A DNA stretch of 64,000 nt. Source: a virus. The stretch covers positions 32,001 through 96,000 of the IMG/VR virus record IMGVR_UViG_3300003177_000010; one strand, given 5' to 3'. The notes below the pieces were generated by a model, which was given only the letters and a program-made list of their open reading frames with translations, was not told the DNA's origin and made no database searches. Made by a program: the position numbers and the translations under genes. Below, piece after piece: positions 17,422 through 27,560 of this stretch (its first letter is position 1; every line of letters starts with the position of its first letter).

Positions 17422-17619
17422 TTATAACCCTGTACTTACTGATATAGACACATTCTGTCGTAATTCTAAAAAAGAATGTATAAAGCTACTAGGGTCATAT
17501 ATAGTAGCACAATTAGTACACTCTATAACACTAATAGGCTGTATGGTACTGTTATAGTACCACACTTCTTCTTCTGTATAGCAATTTGGACAAAATGCTC
17601 TAGCTCTATGTATACTCAT
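17422..17619 (-). CDS. Zinc-ribbon protein
   Basis: CPNC, CTNC. Confidence 0.6.
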   Translation of the reverse strand: MSIHRARAFCPNCYTEEEVWYYNSTIQPISVIECTNCATIYDPSSFIHSFLELRQNVSISVSTGL

Positions 17620-17622
17620 GTA

Positions 17623-17946
17623 CTACTTAGGCTTACTCATATAAGCAGTAGCACCAAAGTAAAATCCTATTATAGAGGCAAAAGATAGCATAACTACCCC
17701 ACTCATATCGGAAATAAAGGATAATCTATCTGCAGTTACATAGGGAATTATAGGTAGTACAGAATACAAAATTAAAAATATTAAAGCTACCCATGCCATA
17801 TTTTTCTGTGCTAGTGCTTTCTCTTCTCGTAATTCTAACTCTATAAGGTCTTTAGCTAAAGAAACTTCCTCGGCAGTCATATCACCATTTTTATTTAAGT
17901 CAAAACGACTCCAATCATTCAACATGTTGAATATTCTCTCTTTCAT
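17623..17946 (-). CDS. Two-TM membrane protein, putative holin
   Basis: EF-hand-like DLNKNG, two hydrophobic helices, GFYFG; adjacent to spanins. Confidence 0.6.
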   Translation of the reverse strand: MKERIFNMLNDWSRFDLNKNGDMTAEEVSLAKDLIELELREEKALAQKNMAWVALIFLILYSVLPIIPYVTADRLSFISDMSGVVMLSFASIIGFYFGATAYMSKPK

Positions 17947-17953
17947 TTTTCCC

Positions 17954-18259
17954 TCATTGATTTATTACGTTATCGTAGTAATTTATAATTCCTTTTTGTT
18001 CCTCAATGTACCTTTTTAACTCTAGTAAGTTTTGTGCTAAGATTTGATAATCAGATATAGTCACCGCATAGTAAATTAAGCCATTTACTTCTAGCACCTT
18101 CCAAGTAATGTTATTTAAAGTGACAGGGGCAGGGCTATTAGGTTTAGTAATAGGTACCGCTATAGGAGTACTTACTGTAGAAATACTATTATCTTTAGTG
18201 CAGCTAATTAGAAGTAGTAAGGCTAGTAATATTACTAAATAAGTTTTTAGTACCTTCAT
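17954..18259 (-). CDS. Outer-membrane lipoprotein, o-spanin-like
   Basis: Lipobox LISC, Pro-rich linker, overlaps the i-spanin 3' end. Confidence 0.7.
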   Translation of the reverse strand: MKVLKTYLVILLALLLLISCTKDNSISTVSTPIAVPITKPNSPAPVTLNNITWKVLEVNGLIYYAVTISDYQILAQNLLELKRYIEEQKGIINYYDNVINQ

Positions 18260-18596
18260 TTATTCTTCTCTCTATTAACCCTGGTTTAGCTCTACTAAGA
18301 GCTTCCCAATCATGCCCTAGTATAACGCTATTTAAAGCATTTTTTTCATTTTGCAACTCTTGCCGCAACCTTCCTAATGTTAATAACTGTTCAGACTGCC
18401 TTCTATAAGAACTTTGTAGTACATTTATAGCGTCTGTTTGATTATTAACAGCTATTTTTAGTTTTTCATTATTGTTTTGTAATACTCTAATGGTATTTTG
18501 TGATGTATTATAGTAGTATAAAACCGAAGTAACTATGCTAGCTAGTAGTAAACCGATTACAATATACAACTTTACTTTTCCAAATAATTTAAACAT
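18204..18596 (-). CDS. i-spanin-like protein
   Basis: N-terminal TM followed by coiled coil. Confidence 0.7.
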   Translation of the reverse strand: MFKLFGKVKLYIVIGLLLASIVTSVLYYYNTSQNTIRVLQNNNEKLKIAVNNQTDAINVLQSSYRRQSEQLLTLGRLRQELQNEKNALNSVILGHDWEALSRAKPGLIERRINEGTKNLFSNITSLTTSN

Positions 18597-19003
18597 TATA
18601 TATCCTTACTGTATTTATTGCTTTGCATATATAAAATTCTATTAAATTGTAACTCAGTTAATTGACCACTATTATCCTGACAGCGCAAACAGCCTTTTAT
18701 AAATGATAAATCTTTATCTGATAAATCTAAGCTTAGTAAATGTTTTTTTAACTTTGGTGTTATTCTTTTTTTAATATAAGTAGCTTTAGGTCCTGGTCCA
18801 GGTTTTAGCACTCTATTTCTGGAGTCTTTAGTGTACCCAAGGGCAAGTAAATAGTTACTCCAACTACCGTATAAACGTATAATTAATTTTTTATCACAAA
18901 AGTCACTAGTAGCAGTATAATCCTTCATCTTAGGAGGGCAATTATACTTATCTTTATATATCTTCGCTAACTTCTCTGCTTTTTCTTTTGTTATTAATAG
19001 CAT
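18596..19003 (-). CDS. Protein with homing-endonuclease-associated repeat
   Basis: P...Y...I.RLYGSWSNYL.ALG. Confidence 0.55.
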   Translation of the reverse strand: MLLITKEKAEKLAKIYKDKYNCPPKMKDYTATSDFCDKKLIIRLYGSWSNYLLALGYTKDSRNRVLKPGPGPKATYIKKRITPKLKKHLLSLDLSDKDLSFIKGCLRCQDNSGQLTELQFNRILYMQSNKYSKDI

Positions 19004-19646
19004 AGTAACTCCTAATTCTATTTTTTAGCTCAGGAAGGAACATAGGAGCAGGTTTAATAAAAGTTTTTCCTGGCTTATCATCAATAGTCATATTTATTAC
19101 TATTTGCTTTATACCAGTACCATATCTTTCGTTATGTGCTACACAGTAAGAACATCCTTGTATAAAGTAATCTTTTATCTGCTTTATATTTTTAACCTTT
19201 TTTGACGTTTTAAAATCTATAATAGACGGAACGCCATTCCATAAGCCTACCATATCACATCTACCCGCAAACTTATACTTATTGCTCCATAGTATTTGTT
19301 CCTGTCCCCATACTTCTGGGTTACCAGCTTCCGTAATTTTAATAAGCTCTTTAGTTAAGTGTATAACATCAGCAGCTTCTTGTTCTAACTCTGCAAATAT
19401 AGGTATGCCGTTAAAATGTTTTTCGGCATATTCATGTACCAATGTACCTCTATCAGTAGCTATTTTAGATATTCTAGCAGCCTCAGCTTCTCCTACTCTA
19501 GCGATCCATGCTGCTAACCAAGCTTGGTTAGATGTTTTAGCTAAAATGGTAGTTATAGAAGGGTAAGACCCGTCAGGAGTGTGATAGGTTCTACCAGTAG
19601 GTAAGGTATCTACAGGCATTTCTGTAACATAGTTATACTTAGTCAC
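18954..19646 (-). CDS. PD-(D/E)XK exonuclease
   Basis: YPSITTIL, RGTLVH, AGRCD, IIDFKTS, Q...Y. Confidence 0.85.
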   Translation of the reverse strand: MTKYNYVTEMPVDTLPTGRTYHTPDGSYPSITTILAKTSNQAWLAAWIARVGEAEAARISKIATDRGTLVHEYAEKHFNGIPIFAELEQEAADVIHLTKELIKITEAGNPEVWGQEQILWSNKYKFAGRCDMVGLWNGVPSIIDFKTSKKVKNIKQIKDYFIQGCSYCVAHNERYGTGIKQIVINMTIDDKPGKTFIKPAPMFLPELKNRIRSYYAINNKRKSREVSEDI

Positions 19647-19891
19647 TTACACAACTTTACAATATTTTTTATTTCCTGCCATACTTCATCTTCTTCTGCA
19701 ATATTTTCTTTTCTTACTAAGCTAACAATTTTAGTTATTACAGGGGTAGGTAGATCAAAATTTTCTTTTATATCTTTTTTTAGTGATGATATAGATGCAT
19801 TTATTGCTTCTCGCTGTATTACCAAATCTACTATACGATTAATTTCTTCAGCTAGTTCTGACGCTATAGATGCATCCATTATACTATCCAA
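19643..19891 (-). CDS. Small helical dsDNA-binding protein (T4 DsbA/GapR-like)
   Basis: 82 aa, helical pattern I..LK...KE.F.L....I.KIV. Confidence 0.45.
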   Translation of the reverse strand: MDSIMDASIASELAEEINRIVDLVIQREAINASISSLKKDIKENFDLPTPVITKIVSLVRKENIAEEDEVWQEIKNIVKLCK

Positions 19892-19967
19892 TACTCTTTA
19901 TGTGCTGCTCTATTAAACCAAGATATTGCTATCTCCATATCTTGTACTGCTTTACTATCCGTTTTTG

Positions 19968-20207
19968 TTAAACTATTTTGTAAATCTTTTTTACATGTAT
20001 TGCATTCCAATGAGCACACTTATTAGAAAATGCAGTTTGTGAATTTACATTTCTTTCTGATTCTTGAAGTCTTTGTTTTAGTAGCTTAAACAAAGATTGA
20101 TATGCAATAAACTTATCTTTATCCTTTAACTCTTTAGAACTAGCAATAATTTTTATATTCTTTACTAAGTCTCTGTATGCGTTTTTAGCTGTTAATTTAA
20201 AAAACAT
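19968..20207 (-). CDS. Hypothetical protein
   Basis: ORF with AAGGA SD. Confidence 0.55.
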   Translation of the reverse strand: MFFKLTAKNAYRDLVKNIKIIASSKELKDKDKFIAYQSLFKLLKQRLQESERNVNSQTAFSNKCAHWNAIHVKKIYKIV

Positions 20208-20249
20208 TTTATTCCTTATATATTATAATATTTTTACTTTTATGTCAAT

Positions 20250-20594
20250 TTATTTTTTTAAAGAAAAATTATCTACATTGTCTATAAAGTTAATTGACCC
20301 ATTAGTAGATTGTATATAGGTACAGGTAGTAGGGCGGTCAATAGCTCCCCAAAAATCTTCCTCATTATACCAATTAAAATTCTTTATTGTAGCCCAAAAT
20401 GAATTAATCCTAGCTGCTGCTAAATCAAATTCATTATAATAAGGGTTATCTAAGTCAATACCATTTAATGCTTCAGACATCCATAAATGCGCTAACCAAG
20501 GGTTCCACTTAGACACATTTTCAGCCTCTTTTATAGTTCTTAAAATTGACCAATCAGAATAGTCAGAAACAGGAATAATTTTTCTTTTAGCCAT
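20250..20594 (-). CDS. Hypothetical protein
   Basis: Coupled ORF. Confidence 0.6.
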   Translation of the reverse strand: MAKRKIIPVSDYSDWSILRTIKEAENVSKWNPWLAHLWMSEALNGIDLDNPYYNEFDLAAARINSFWATIKNFNWYNEEDFWGAIDRPTTCTYIQSTNGSINFIDNVDNFSLKK

Positions 20595-20832
20595 TTATAC
20601 TTATACTTTCTGACTTCTTATAAAAATTATTTACAATTTCAACAATTATCCTAGATGCAAGAAATTCATTAGTTTTCTTTAATTCTTTATATTCTATTAA
20701 AGCTTGGGAACAATAACTATTATACATTTTATATTGTTCTAAGATCGCAATAGATTCTTTTAACGTAGGTCTTTTTCTCATTATATCCAAAATATCTTTA
20801 TTTTTTACTAATATCAAGTTTTTTGTTGACAT
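20587..20832 (-). CDS. Hypothetical protein
   Basis: First ORF of the leftward unit. Confidence 0.55.
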   Translation of the reverse strand: MSTKNLILVKNKDILDIMRKRPTLKESIAILEQYKMYNSYCSQALIEYKELKKTNEFLASRIIVEIVNNFYKKSESISING

Positions 20833-20911
20833 TTAAATTATTATAAATTATAATACAAGCAATAGGCAAGAAAAAAATTACCTATTTTCGTGGTAAAAAA
20901 GGAAGTAATAT

Positions 20912-21178
20912 ATGAATTATAAATTAACAGTATTTGTACCTTTATCTGACTTTAATTTAACTGAATATGTTAATAATCAAGCACAACTAATTAAGCAAAA
21001 AATTAACATTCAAGTAGAAGTAGTCGATAATTCTGATTCACGTATGTTACTATATTGTAAAAAACCAGATAGAGTACCTTGTTTTATGATTTTTAAGAAT
21101 AGTAAATTTAAAACATATAAACAAATTAAAGTAAATGATAATGATTTACTTTCTTGGGTTACTGAAAATGTATCTTAG
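20912..21178 (+). CDS. Thioredoxin-fold protein lacking CxxC
   Basis: RVPCFMIFKN cis-Pro motif. Confidence 0.5.
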   Translation: MNYKLTVFVPLSDFNLTEYVNNQAQLIKQKINIQVEVVDNSDSRMLLYCKKPDRVPCFMIFKNSKFKTYKQIKVNDNDLLSWVTENVS

Positions 21179-21274
21179 TTGTTTAATAACTTATACTAGC
21201 ACAGTTCTACCCATTTAGCAAATTTAAAGTTGATTTAAAGTTGCTACTACCAAAATTTAAAATAAAGACATTAA

Positions 21275-21472
21275 ATGAAAATATACGTTAAGAATAACAA
21301 TGTAGACAAAGCTATGCGTGTGCTAAAACGTAAGCTTTTACTAGAGGGGGATACAAATGCACTAAAAGATAAAAGATTTTTTGTATCTAAAAGCGAAAAA
21401 AAGAGACTTATAAAAAAAGCAGGCCGTAAAAGATGGTTGCATAAGCAAAAAGAATCGCATTTGTTTGAGTAG
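21275..21472 (+). CDS. rpsU: Ribosomal protein bS21
   Basis: VKNNNVDKAMRVLKRKL..EG, FF..KSEKKR. Confidence 0.9.
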   Translation: MKIYVKNNNVDKAMRVLKRKLLLEGDTNALKDKRFFVSKSEKKRLIKKAGRKRWLHKQKESHLFE

Positions 21473-21595
21473 TTAGTGGTAAATAAGTAATTTTATAGTT
21501 GCTAATGACTATTTTTACGTGTATATTATATTAATAAGAAACACTAAAAAAGGATTAAGTCTATCCTTAAAGGCTTTTAATTGATCAATTAAAAA

Positions 21596-21961
21596 ATGGA
21601 ATATAAAATGAATAAAATAATAACATTTGCTGCAACATTACTAGCAGCTACTACAGGGACTGCATCAGCTTTTGACCTAGGTAACACTGGAGTTGCTTTA
21701 GACAATAGTTTAGTTGCGGAATATAATATTAATAGTACAAATTATACTATTAATTATAGTGCAAAACTAAATTATAATATTGTGGATAGCGTAAATATGT
21801 ATGTAAAAACATCAGTAGATCTTACTAATATTACTTATTCTGGCGTTACTCTAGGAGCTACATGGGCTGCTAAACCTAATTTAGACATATATACTAATGT
21901 AGGAGTAGATAATAATGGTAATATAGGTAATGCTATTATTGGAGCAAAACTTAACTTTTAA
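21596..21961 (+). CDS. Small outer-membrane beta-barrel protein
   Basis: Signal peptide ending ASA, alternating beta pattern, C-terminal Phe. Confidence 0.7.
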   Translation: MEYKMNKIITFAATLLAATTGTASAFDLGNTGVALDNSLVAEYNINSTNYTINYSAKLNYNIVDSVNMYVKTSVDLTNITYSGVTLGATWAAKPNLDIYTNVGVDNNGNIGNAIIGAKLNF

Positions 21962-22043
21962 TACGTAGTATTATAGGGCTGGTCGCCGTAAATAGACTCG
22001 TGGAAGCCTATGGTTAGCTTCCTTTTATTATATAGGAGATAGT

Positions 22044-22829
22044 ATGAATAGAATAACTAATATGTATAGCCCTGTATGGACAATACCAAAAACTGATAAA
22101 TTTACTAGCGTAAGCTCTAGTAATATAAAAAATAAGGTGTTTAAGCCCAAAAAATCAGGTACTAAAGCTTCACATATAATATTTATACTTGATAGCTCTT
22201 CCTCAATGAATGGTATTAAAGCAGGCACTATAGACGGTTTTAATGAGTTTTTGGATATACATAAAAAGGAATCTAAAGAAGACGGAGTTAAAACCTATAT
22301 TAGCTTATACAGCTTTAATGGATACTCTACTAAAAAAATACTCGATAGAAAAAATGTTAATTCAGTAGAAAATTTAACAGATAGCTCCTATAATCCCAGC
22401 GGCATGACTAACTTATATGATAGTATAGGTAAAGTAATGCGTAAAATAAATAATAAGGTAAGTAAGTATAAAAAGTCTAGCAGAGACTCTTTAATTTTCG
22501 TAGTATTAACTGATGGACAGGATAATACATCTAAGAAATATAATGGAGGCGCTATTAAAGAGATGGTAGAATTAGCTGAACAAGCTAACTGGGGTTTTAC
22601 TTTTTTAGGCACTAATATAGATACTTTCGGTATAGGGACATCAATGGGCTTTAATTTACATAATACAGTAATGTACAAAGGAGCTAATATAAAAGAATCT
22701 ATAGCTGCTGCAGGGGAAATGACTTCTAGACTAAGAACTGTTAGCCTATCTGGAAGCTCTATAATAGACGCTTATAGCTTATCAGGATATACAGAAAAAG
22801 AAAGATTAGAATCAGTAGGGTCAGAATAA
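22044..22829 (+). CDS. vWA domain protein
   Basis: DSSSSM MIDAS, GMTNLYD, LTDGQDN. Confidence 0.88.
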   Translation: MNRITNMYSPVWTIPKTDKFTSVSSSNIKNKVFKPKKSGTKASHIIFILDSSSSMNGIKAGTIDGFNEFLDIHKKESKEDGVKTYISLYSFNGYSTKKILDRKNVNSVENLTDSSYNPSGMTNLYDSIGKVMRKINNKVSKYKKSSRDSLIFVVLTDGQDNTSKKYNGGAIKEMVELAEQANWGFTFLGTNIDTFGIGTSMGFNLHNTVMYKGANIKESIAAAGEMTSRLRTVSLSGSSIIDAYSLSGYTEKERLESVGSE

Positions 22830-22832
22830 TAA

Positions 22833-23477
22833 ATGTCTAATTTATACATTTTAGGTAATGGAGGTTTTGCACATGAGGTACGTGAGCAAATAAAAGAGCA
22901 ATATACTGACTTAGGGTTCGGGGGTTACATCTATAAAGAAGGTGACGCTATAATGGTAGAATCCCCATTCAATACTATTAAGGAGTTTACTTTCCCTAAA
23001 TTTAGCAGTTTTCTTTTAGGTACTGGAAATAAGTTTTGGAGGGCTTATTTTATAGACCTGATAGATGAGTACTATGGAGTAAGTAAAGAAATTTTTCCAA
23101 ATATAATAGCGGATAATTGTTATTTATCATGTTACGCTAAAATAGGTATAGGTAATCTATTATGTACAAATTCTATAGTTCTTGGCAATGCCATTCTAGG
23201 GGATTTTAACTTACTAAATGTGCAAACATTAGTATCTCATGACTGTGTAATAGGGGACCATAACTTATTAAATCCTAAAGTATCTGTATTAGGTACTTGT
23301 AAAATAGGTAGTAATAACTATTTAGCTACTAATGTTACTATAATACCGAAAATCACAATAGGCAATAATAATACTATCAGCGTATCTGAGAATATAGTAA
23401 GAGATATAAATAATAGTATATTTTTTAAAGACAACAAAGAAAGTAGTAAATATGCATATTCTATTCAGAAGTTGTGA
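22833..23477 (+). CDS. NeuD/PglD-family hexapeptide sugar acetyltransferase
   Basis: GNGGFA, SHDCVIG, hexapeptide repeats. Confidence 0.88.
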   Translation: MSNLYILGNGGFAHEVREQIKEQYTDLGFGGYIYKEGDAIMVESPFNTIKEFTFPKFSSFLLGTGNKFWRAYFIDLIDEYYGVSKEIFPNIIADNCYLSCYAKIGIGNLLCTNSIVLGNAILGDFNLLNVQTLVSHDCVIGDHNLLNPKVSVLGTCKIGSNNYLATNVTIIPKITIGNNNTISVSENIVRDINNSIFFKDNKESSKYAYSIQKL

Positions 23478-24213
23478 AGCTAATTTATCTCCAGGGTCTT
23501 TGGGAAAAGGCACAGATGATAAACCCAGATGGAATGGTAAGTATAAATTAGAAATCTTACGTAAATCTTATCTATCAATACAGGAAGGACTAAATAAAGA
23601 AGATAGTATAATTATTGTTAATGATAGAACTACTAAAGAAACTTTAGAATGGATGAAAAATACTACAATAGCTAATTTCTCTGTAGTAGATATTACTTCT
23701 TTAGATGTGCTAAGAAAAGAGCATAAGTATCCAAAGTATCATCCTGTTGTAATTAATGCTTGCCCAGACTTAACTGAATTACTAATACAAACTGCGGAAA
23801 GTAATCCAGAAGAATTAATATATATATGTGAAGATGATTACTTGCACACTCCTATAGCAATTAGCGCTATGAAAAATTTATATAATTCTTCTTTTGATGG
23901 GTTTTATGTACCTTATGACTACCCTGATAGATATACTATAGACAGGGAAATTAATACTAAGATATATTTAACTAACTACGGGCACATTAGGACTGTGCCT
24001 AGTGCTACTTTAACTATTGCAGCATTAGGTAAGACTTGGTTAAAATATAAGTATGAAATATTAAGAGCAGGAGTTTTTGCAGATGATAGCTGGACTTGGA
24101 AAGCTTTCGCACAAATACCAGCATTTTGTCCTATACCTGGTCACGCTACTCACTTGCAAGAAGGATGTATTACTCCAGGAGTAGATTGGGAAACTGTGTA
24201 TGCTAATTACTAA
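23452..24213 (+). CDS. GT-A fold glycosyltransferase-like protein
   Basis: IIIVND, YICEDDYLH, ATH. Confidence 0.7.
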   Translation: MHILFRSCEANLSPGSLGKGTDDKPRWNGKYKLEILRKSYLSIQEGLNKEDSIIIVNDRTTKETLEWMKNTTIANFSVVDITSLDVLRKEHKYPKYHPVVINACPDLTELLIQTAESNPEELIYICEDDYLHTPIAISAMKNLYNSSFDGFYVPYDYPDRYTIDREINTKIYLTNYGHIRTVPSATLTIAALGKTWLKYKYEILRAGVFADDSWTWKAFAQIPAFCPIPGHATHLQEGCITPGVDWETVYANY

Positions 24214-25180
24214 AAAGTTAAAAATTAAGAATTTTAATAAATATATACAAGAGGCTAATAGGTCTAATATATTTACAAATTATGGCTATGCAGTACAATT
24301 ACTAGAAGAACGCGCTAGGTACATGCTAAAAATAGATGAGTCTAAAGCAATTATAGCTACTAGTAGTGGGACTGCTGCTTTACATGCAGCAGTTAATGTG
24401 TATGATTGTGAAAATATAAATGTGCAAGACTTTACTTTCCCTTGTAATATACAGGGGCCTTTAAATAATGCTATTATTGTTGATATGCATGACAGTGCTA
24501 ATATAGCCTTAGATAAAGATGCTGACTTAATAGTAATAACTAACTGTTTTGGACACCTACAAGATGTAGTATTTATAGAAGAGTTTGCAGAAGCGCATGA
24601 CATAGTTACCATATACGATAATGCTGCAACTCCTTTTTCTTTTATTAACAGCACTAACAGTTGCAATATTGGAGACGCGGCTATAATATCGCTACACCAT
24701 ACAAAGCACCTAGGATTTGGGGAAGGTGGTTTACTAATTATAGATAAACAATTTGAAGATTTAGCTAGGGATATAATAAATTTTGCTAAGCATAGTGACC
24801 CTTTTTTAGGTAATAATTATAAGATGAGTGAGATAGCTGCTGCAGGAGTGCTACAGTGGTGGGATAGCTTCTCTATAGAAAGTTTAAAAAATAGCTTATT
24901 AGATAGATATTTTTATCTGTATGAGATGGCTAAAAAGTATGCTGAGCTATTTCCTAATGTTGCGGATGATTATTCTTTCTTACCTGCTAATTTACCTATT
25001 ATAATAGAAGATCAGTATATAAGAAAAGATGCAGAGAAACTAGGGGTTAAATACTATAAACCTTTACTAGGGCTACCAAATTCAAGTAAACTATATGAAA
25101 ATATAGTTTGTTTACCAATAACAGGAAATATAAATGCAAAGAATAGCAATAGTAACTGGCTGCGCAGGATTTTTAGCTAG
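24200..25180 (+). CDS. DegT/DnrJ/EryC1/StrS sugar aminotransferase
   Basis: SSGTAAL, DNAA, SLHHTK, GEGG, NYKMSE. Confidence 0.92.
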   Translation: MLITKKLKIKNFNKYIQEANRSNIFTNYGYAVQLLEERARYMLKIDESKAIIATSSGTAALHAAVNVYDCENINVQDFTFPCNIQGPLNNAIIVDMHDSANIALDKDADLIVITNCFGHLQDVVFIEEFAEAHDIVTIYDNAATPFSFINSTNSCNIGDAAIISLHHTKHLGFGEGGLLIIDKQFEDLARDIINFAKHSDPFLGNNYKMSEIAAAGVLQWWDSFSIESLKNSLLDRYFYLYEMAKKYAELFPNVADDYSFLPANLPIIIEDQYIRKDAEKLGVKYYKPLLGLPNSSKLYENIVCLPITGNINAKNSNSNWLRRIFS

Positions 25181-26093
25181 TACATTTGTGGAACAACTAC
25201 TAAATAGAGGGTGGTTTGTTTATGGTATTGATAAAATAACTAAAGTATCAAATACAAATAGGCTCAAGTACTTACAAAAAGTATTTCCTAACTCTTATAA
25301 GGTAGTAAAAGAGGATATATGTGAGGTAACATGGCTACCTGATGCAGATGTATTATTTAATTTTGCTGCAGAGAGTGATGTAGATAATAGTAATAAAAGT
25401 AGTAAAGAGTTTTTTAAAAGTAACGTCAGTGGTGTAGCTAATTTACTAGAGGTACTTAATAACCAAATTAATATTAAAAATAGTAAAACTATGTTTTTTC
25501 AAATATCTACTGATGAAGTTTATGGAGATTTAATTTCTAATAGTGCTAATGAGGATAGTAAGCTAAATCCTAGTAACCCTTATGCAGCTTCTAAAGCAGC
25601 AGCAGATATGCTAATAATGGCTTGGAATAGAACACACGAACAGCCTTTTACTATAGTAAGACCATCAAATAATTATGGACCACATCAATACCCAGAAAAG
25701 TTAATACCTTTAGCAGTTAAAAATCTTAATAGAGGATTACCTATAAATCTGCATAATAAAGGTACTCCTATAAGAGTATGGACACATGTATATGATACTG
25801 TAGATGCTATATTAACTATATATCATGCTGCAGAATTTAATTGTATATATAACATATCATCAGAATTTTCTCAAACTAACTTGGCTACAGTAGAAAAAAT
25901 ACTTAGCGCCTATGGAGTAGAACAGAGTAAATATAGTTACTATGTAAATATGCAGCATAACAGACCTGGGCAAGATGTTAGATATTCTATAACATGTGAG
26001 CCGTTAAAGAGACTAGGGTGGAAACCTAAAAAACAATTTGATGACTCTATAAATCTATTAGTACAAGAGTATAGAAAGGAATTTAGATGGTAA
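25134..26093 (+). CDS. rmlB: dTDP-glucose 4,6-dehydratase
   Basis: TGCAGFL, AAESDVD, ISTDEVYG, YAASK, NNYGPHQYPEKLIP, RPGQD.RY. Confidence 0.93.
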   Translation: MQRIAIVTGCAGFLASTFVEQLLNRGWFVYGIDKITKVSNTNRLKYLQKVFPNSYKVVKEDICEVTWLPDADVLFNFAAESDVDNSNKSSKEFFKSNVSGVANLLEVLNNQINIKNSKTMFFQISTDEVYGDLISNSANEDSKLNPSNPYAASKAAADMLIMAWNRTHEQPFTIVRPSNNYGPHQYPEKLIPLAVKNLNRGLPINLHNKGTPIRVWTHVYDTVDAILTIYHAAEFNCIYNISSEFSQTNLATVEKILSAYGVEQSKYSYYVNMQHNRPGQDVRYSITCEPLKRLGWKPKKQFDDSINLLVQEYRKEFRW

Positions 26094-26824
26094 AAATAAT
26101 AACCCCATATATCAACCCCAAAGAAATCAAAAAACATAAAGAACACTATTGGGAGTACGACATATACTATGAACAAGATACTGCCGGTATTGGCCCTGAT
26201 TTAATGTTCCAAAAAATGTGGAATAAATTCCCTGATGATGATATATTTATTTTGCATTCAGATATGTTTATGAAAGATACTGATTGGTTATCTAAAGTAT
26301 TAAAATATACTAATAAGTATCCAGAAGCTGGTATGTTCGGTTGCCTGTTACTTTATCCTCTAAAAGACGAAAAAGGTGACTATTTTATTCAATCAGCAGG
26401 AGGTAAATTTACAGACGGTAAGCCTGATCATTATGGTAGTGGTATTGTTGTAGAAAATAAATCCACGTTTAAGGAAGAGTTAGAAACTGATACAGGGGAG
26501 TACGATAGTGTAAGAGAAGTAGCTTGGACTACTTTTGGAGGTTGCTATATTAGAAGAAGTTTTATTAACGCAGTAGGGTCATTTTCTCCAGAATATGAGT
26601 GGGCGTATAATAGAGACGTAGACTTTTGCTTAGCTGCTAGAAGTGTAGGGCAAAAGATATACCAAATACCTGTAAGAATTATGCACTCCGAGTCTAAAGA
26701 TGCTAAAATTATAAAAGCCAACGATCAAAGTAAAGTGCAGATGGAATTAAGAAACTTAAATAAATTAATAGATAAATGGAGCGGCTCTAAGCTGTATAAA
26801 ACTATTGATAATAAGATTATATAA
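26087..26824 (+). CDS. GT2-like glycosyltransferase
   Basis: LHSD, TFGGCYIR, RDVDFC. Confidence 0.8.
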   Translation: MVKIITPYINPKEIKKHKEHYWEYDIYYEQDTAGIGPDLMFQKMWNKFPDDDIFILHSDMFMKDTDWLSKVLKYTNKYPEAGMFGCLLLYPLKDEKGDYFIQSAGGKFTDGKPDHYGSGIVVENKSTFKEELETDTGEYDSVREVAWTTFGGCYIRRSFINAVGSFSPEYEWAYNRDVDFCLAARSVGQKIYQIPVRIMHSESKDAKIIKANDQSKVQMELRNLNKLIDKWSGSKLYKTIDNKII

Positions 26825-27560
26825 CTATATAAAAGGATATAAAATGGCTACTATTACTAGACCACAAGTAACTGCTTCTCTAACGCTAGCAGATGGGGTA
26901 CAATCTAAATTACCAGAATATATGTTAGATCTATATGGACATAGCTCCTATAGGCTAAAGTCGTTTATTAATAATATTTGTAGTAAAAAGAACACAAACT
27001 ATTTAGAAATAGGAGTAGGTAGAGGTTCAACTATATTAAGTGCAGTATATGAGAATGAAACGTGTAAAGCTACAGGTATAGAAAATTATATGTATGACGC
27101 TATAGAGCCTACTAAAGTACCTTTAGAAGGAACCATATGGTACAATATGCAAAGTCAGTTAAAAAGCAATCTAAGTAGATATGGTACTTCGGATAATAAT
27201 AGTAAAAAAGGGTCTATAAATATAATAGAAGAATACTTTGAAAAAGTTATGCCAGAGGATGTGCCTAAAGCAGATGTAGTGTACTTTGATGTGACTCCTG
27301 TTAATGAAAAGGTATATTCTGATTTTTTTGAAAATATAGTTCCTTATATTAGTAGTTCTTCTGTAATTATATTCTCAAATTTTTCGAATACCCTACATGA
27401 AAGGCAAATAAGAAAAGCATTTGAAGAGCGCGAAGATAAAGTAAAAGTACTATGGGAAGAAACTCGAGTTACTAGTAGCTTAAATGATGCTAGTAATTAC
27501 TATTCCGGTATTGGTATATTTGGGGTAGTTAGATCTCATAAAGCAGTAGGTAAAGAATGA
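26805..27560 (+). CDS. Class I SAM-dependent methyltransferase
   Basis: YLEIGVGRGST, VVYFD; start may be the later ATG (MATIT). Confidence 0.8.
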   Translation: MIIRLYNYIKGYKMATITRPQVTASLTLADGVQSKLPEYMLDLYGHSSYRLKSFINNICSKKNTNYLEIGVGRGSTILSAVYENETCKATGIENYMYDAIEPTKVPLEGTIWYNMQSQLKSNLSRYGTSDNNSKKGSINIIEEYFEKVMPEDVPKADVVYFDVTPVNEKVYSDFFENIVPYISSSSVIIFSNFSNTLHERQIRKAFEEREDKVKVLWEETRVTSSLNDASNYYSGIGIFGVVRSHKAVGKE

